Origin: Callorhinchus milii
Taxonomy: Eukaryota
Assembly (NCBI RefSeq): GCF_018977255.1
Contig: NW_024704752.1
Span: 14,942,001 to 15,006,000, forward strand
DNA: 64,000 nt
Reading direction: 5' to 3'
Part shown: piece by piece, positions 63,240 through 64,000 of the stretch
How the letters are laid out: each line of letters opens with the position of its first letter
How positions within the stretch are numbered: the stretch's first letter is position 1
Notes under the pieces: generated by a model
Database searches by the model: none
What the model was told of the DNA's origin: nothing
What the model saw: only the letters and a program-made list of their open reading frames with translations
Translations under genes and position numbers: made by a program

Positions 63240-63780
63240 AACATAAGAACAGCTCGATGAAAAAAGGCCAAAGATCCATCTAGTTTGCCTTCCACCTTCC
63301 TGGTGGTCGCATGCACATATGTCCCAAACTACATATGCACTATATCCCAGAATGTTATTTCCTAAACGAAAACTATCTAATCTGTTTGAAAGAATCAACA
63401 CTTCCTGCTTCAACCGTCTCCATAGGGAGCCTGTTCCACAGATTCACTATTTGTTCACTAAAATAGTGTTTGCATAGATTTGTTCTGAATTTACTCCCCT
63501 TCAATCGCAGGCTGTGTCTTCTGGTTTTACTATTCTGGGCAATTTGAAACAGCCTCTCATGATCTATATTTTCTAGCCCCTTTAGAATCTGAAAGACAGC
63601 AATCACAGCAATCATGTCGCCACTCAATCTTCTCTTTTTCAGTGTGAACATGCCCATTTACTTAGTCGCTCCTCACAGTCCAGTCCCTCCATTCCCTCAA
63701 TCATTTTGGTTGACCTGCTCTGTAACTTCTCGATTTCTCCAATATCCTTTTTGTACTGCGGCGACCAGAACTGTACACTG
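63240..63780 (-). mobile_element. CR1 LINE 3' fragment
   Basis: GMFTLKKRRLSGDMIAV..FQILKG...TRRHSLRL...VNLWNRLP. Confidence 0.85.
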
Positions 63781-64000
63781 TTTCACATGAACAGTTGAAC
63801 AGGTTCACTCCTTCTGTGCTGAGGGATCCTGTGTTTCCAATAAGTGATGTTAATATCCCATGTAACTTATTTAATTGTAAATGTAAAAATCTGCTTGTAA
63901 ATTTTGCAATTGTATGGGTGGCTAAGGGGCTGTGTGAATTTGGTATATTGGTATAGATTGTAAAAGAGGATAGGGTGGGAGTCTCGCAAATGTTTTTAGA

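Overview
AT-rich, intron-containing vertebrate genomic DNA. It is dense in CR1 and L2 LINE fragments and tRNA-derived SINEs, a repeat set that suggests a cartilaginous fish (inference only). From left to right: (1) an isolated exon of an unidentified minus-strand gene (~2.5-2.9 kb); (2) a minus-strand 5'TOP snoRNA host gene (SNHG29-like, ~6.7-11 kb) with an expanded array of SNORD65 and SNORD49 box C/D snoRNAs; (3) a ~50 kb cluster whose identifiable protein genes are all ubiquitin-pathway genes. The cluster contains a USP18-like protease (minus strand) head-to-head with a small two-exon ubiquitin-like gene that the ORF track misses (ends LRLPGG plus a 9-residue tail). It also contains three tandem RBR-type E3 ligase genes with a half-degenerate RING1 (the middle copy frameshifted), and a second USP with an N-terminal transmembrane-like segment that runs off the right edge. 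The UBL gene and both USP genes each have an ISRE-like motif at their 5' end. The best candidate for an undescribed system is this co-located, probably interferon-inducible modifier + ligases + deconjugases module. All gene models were built by eye from GT-AG sites and frame continuity; no database searches were run.
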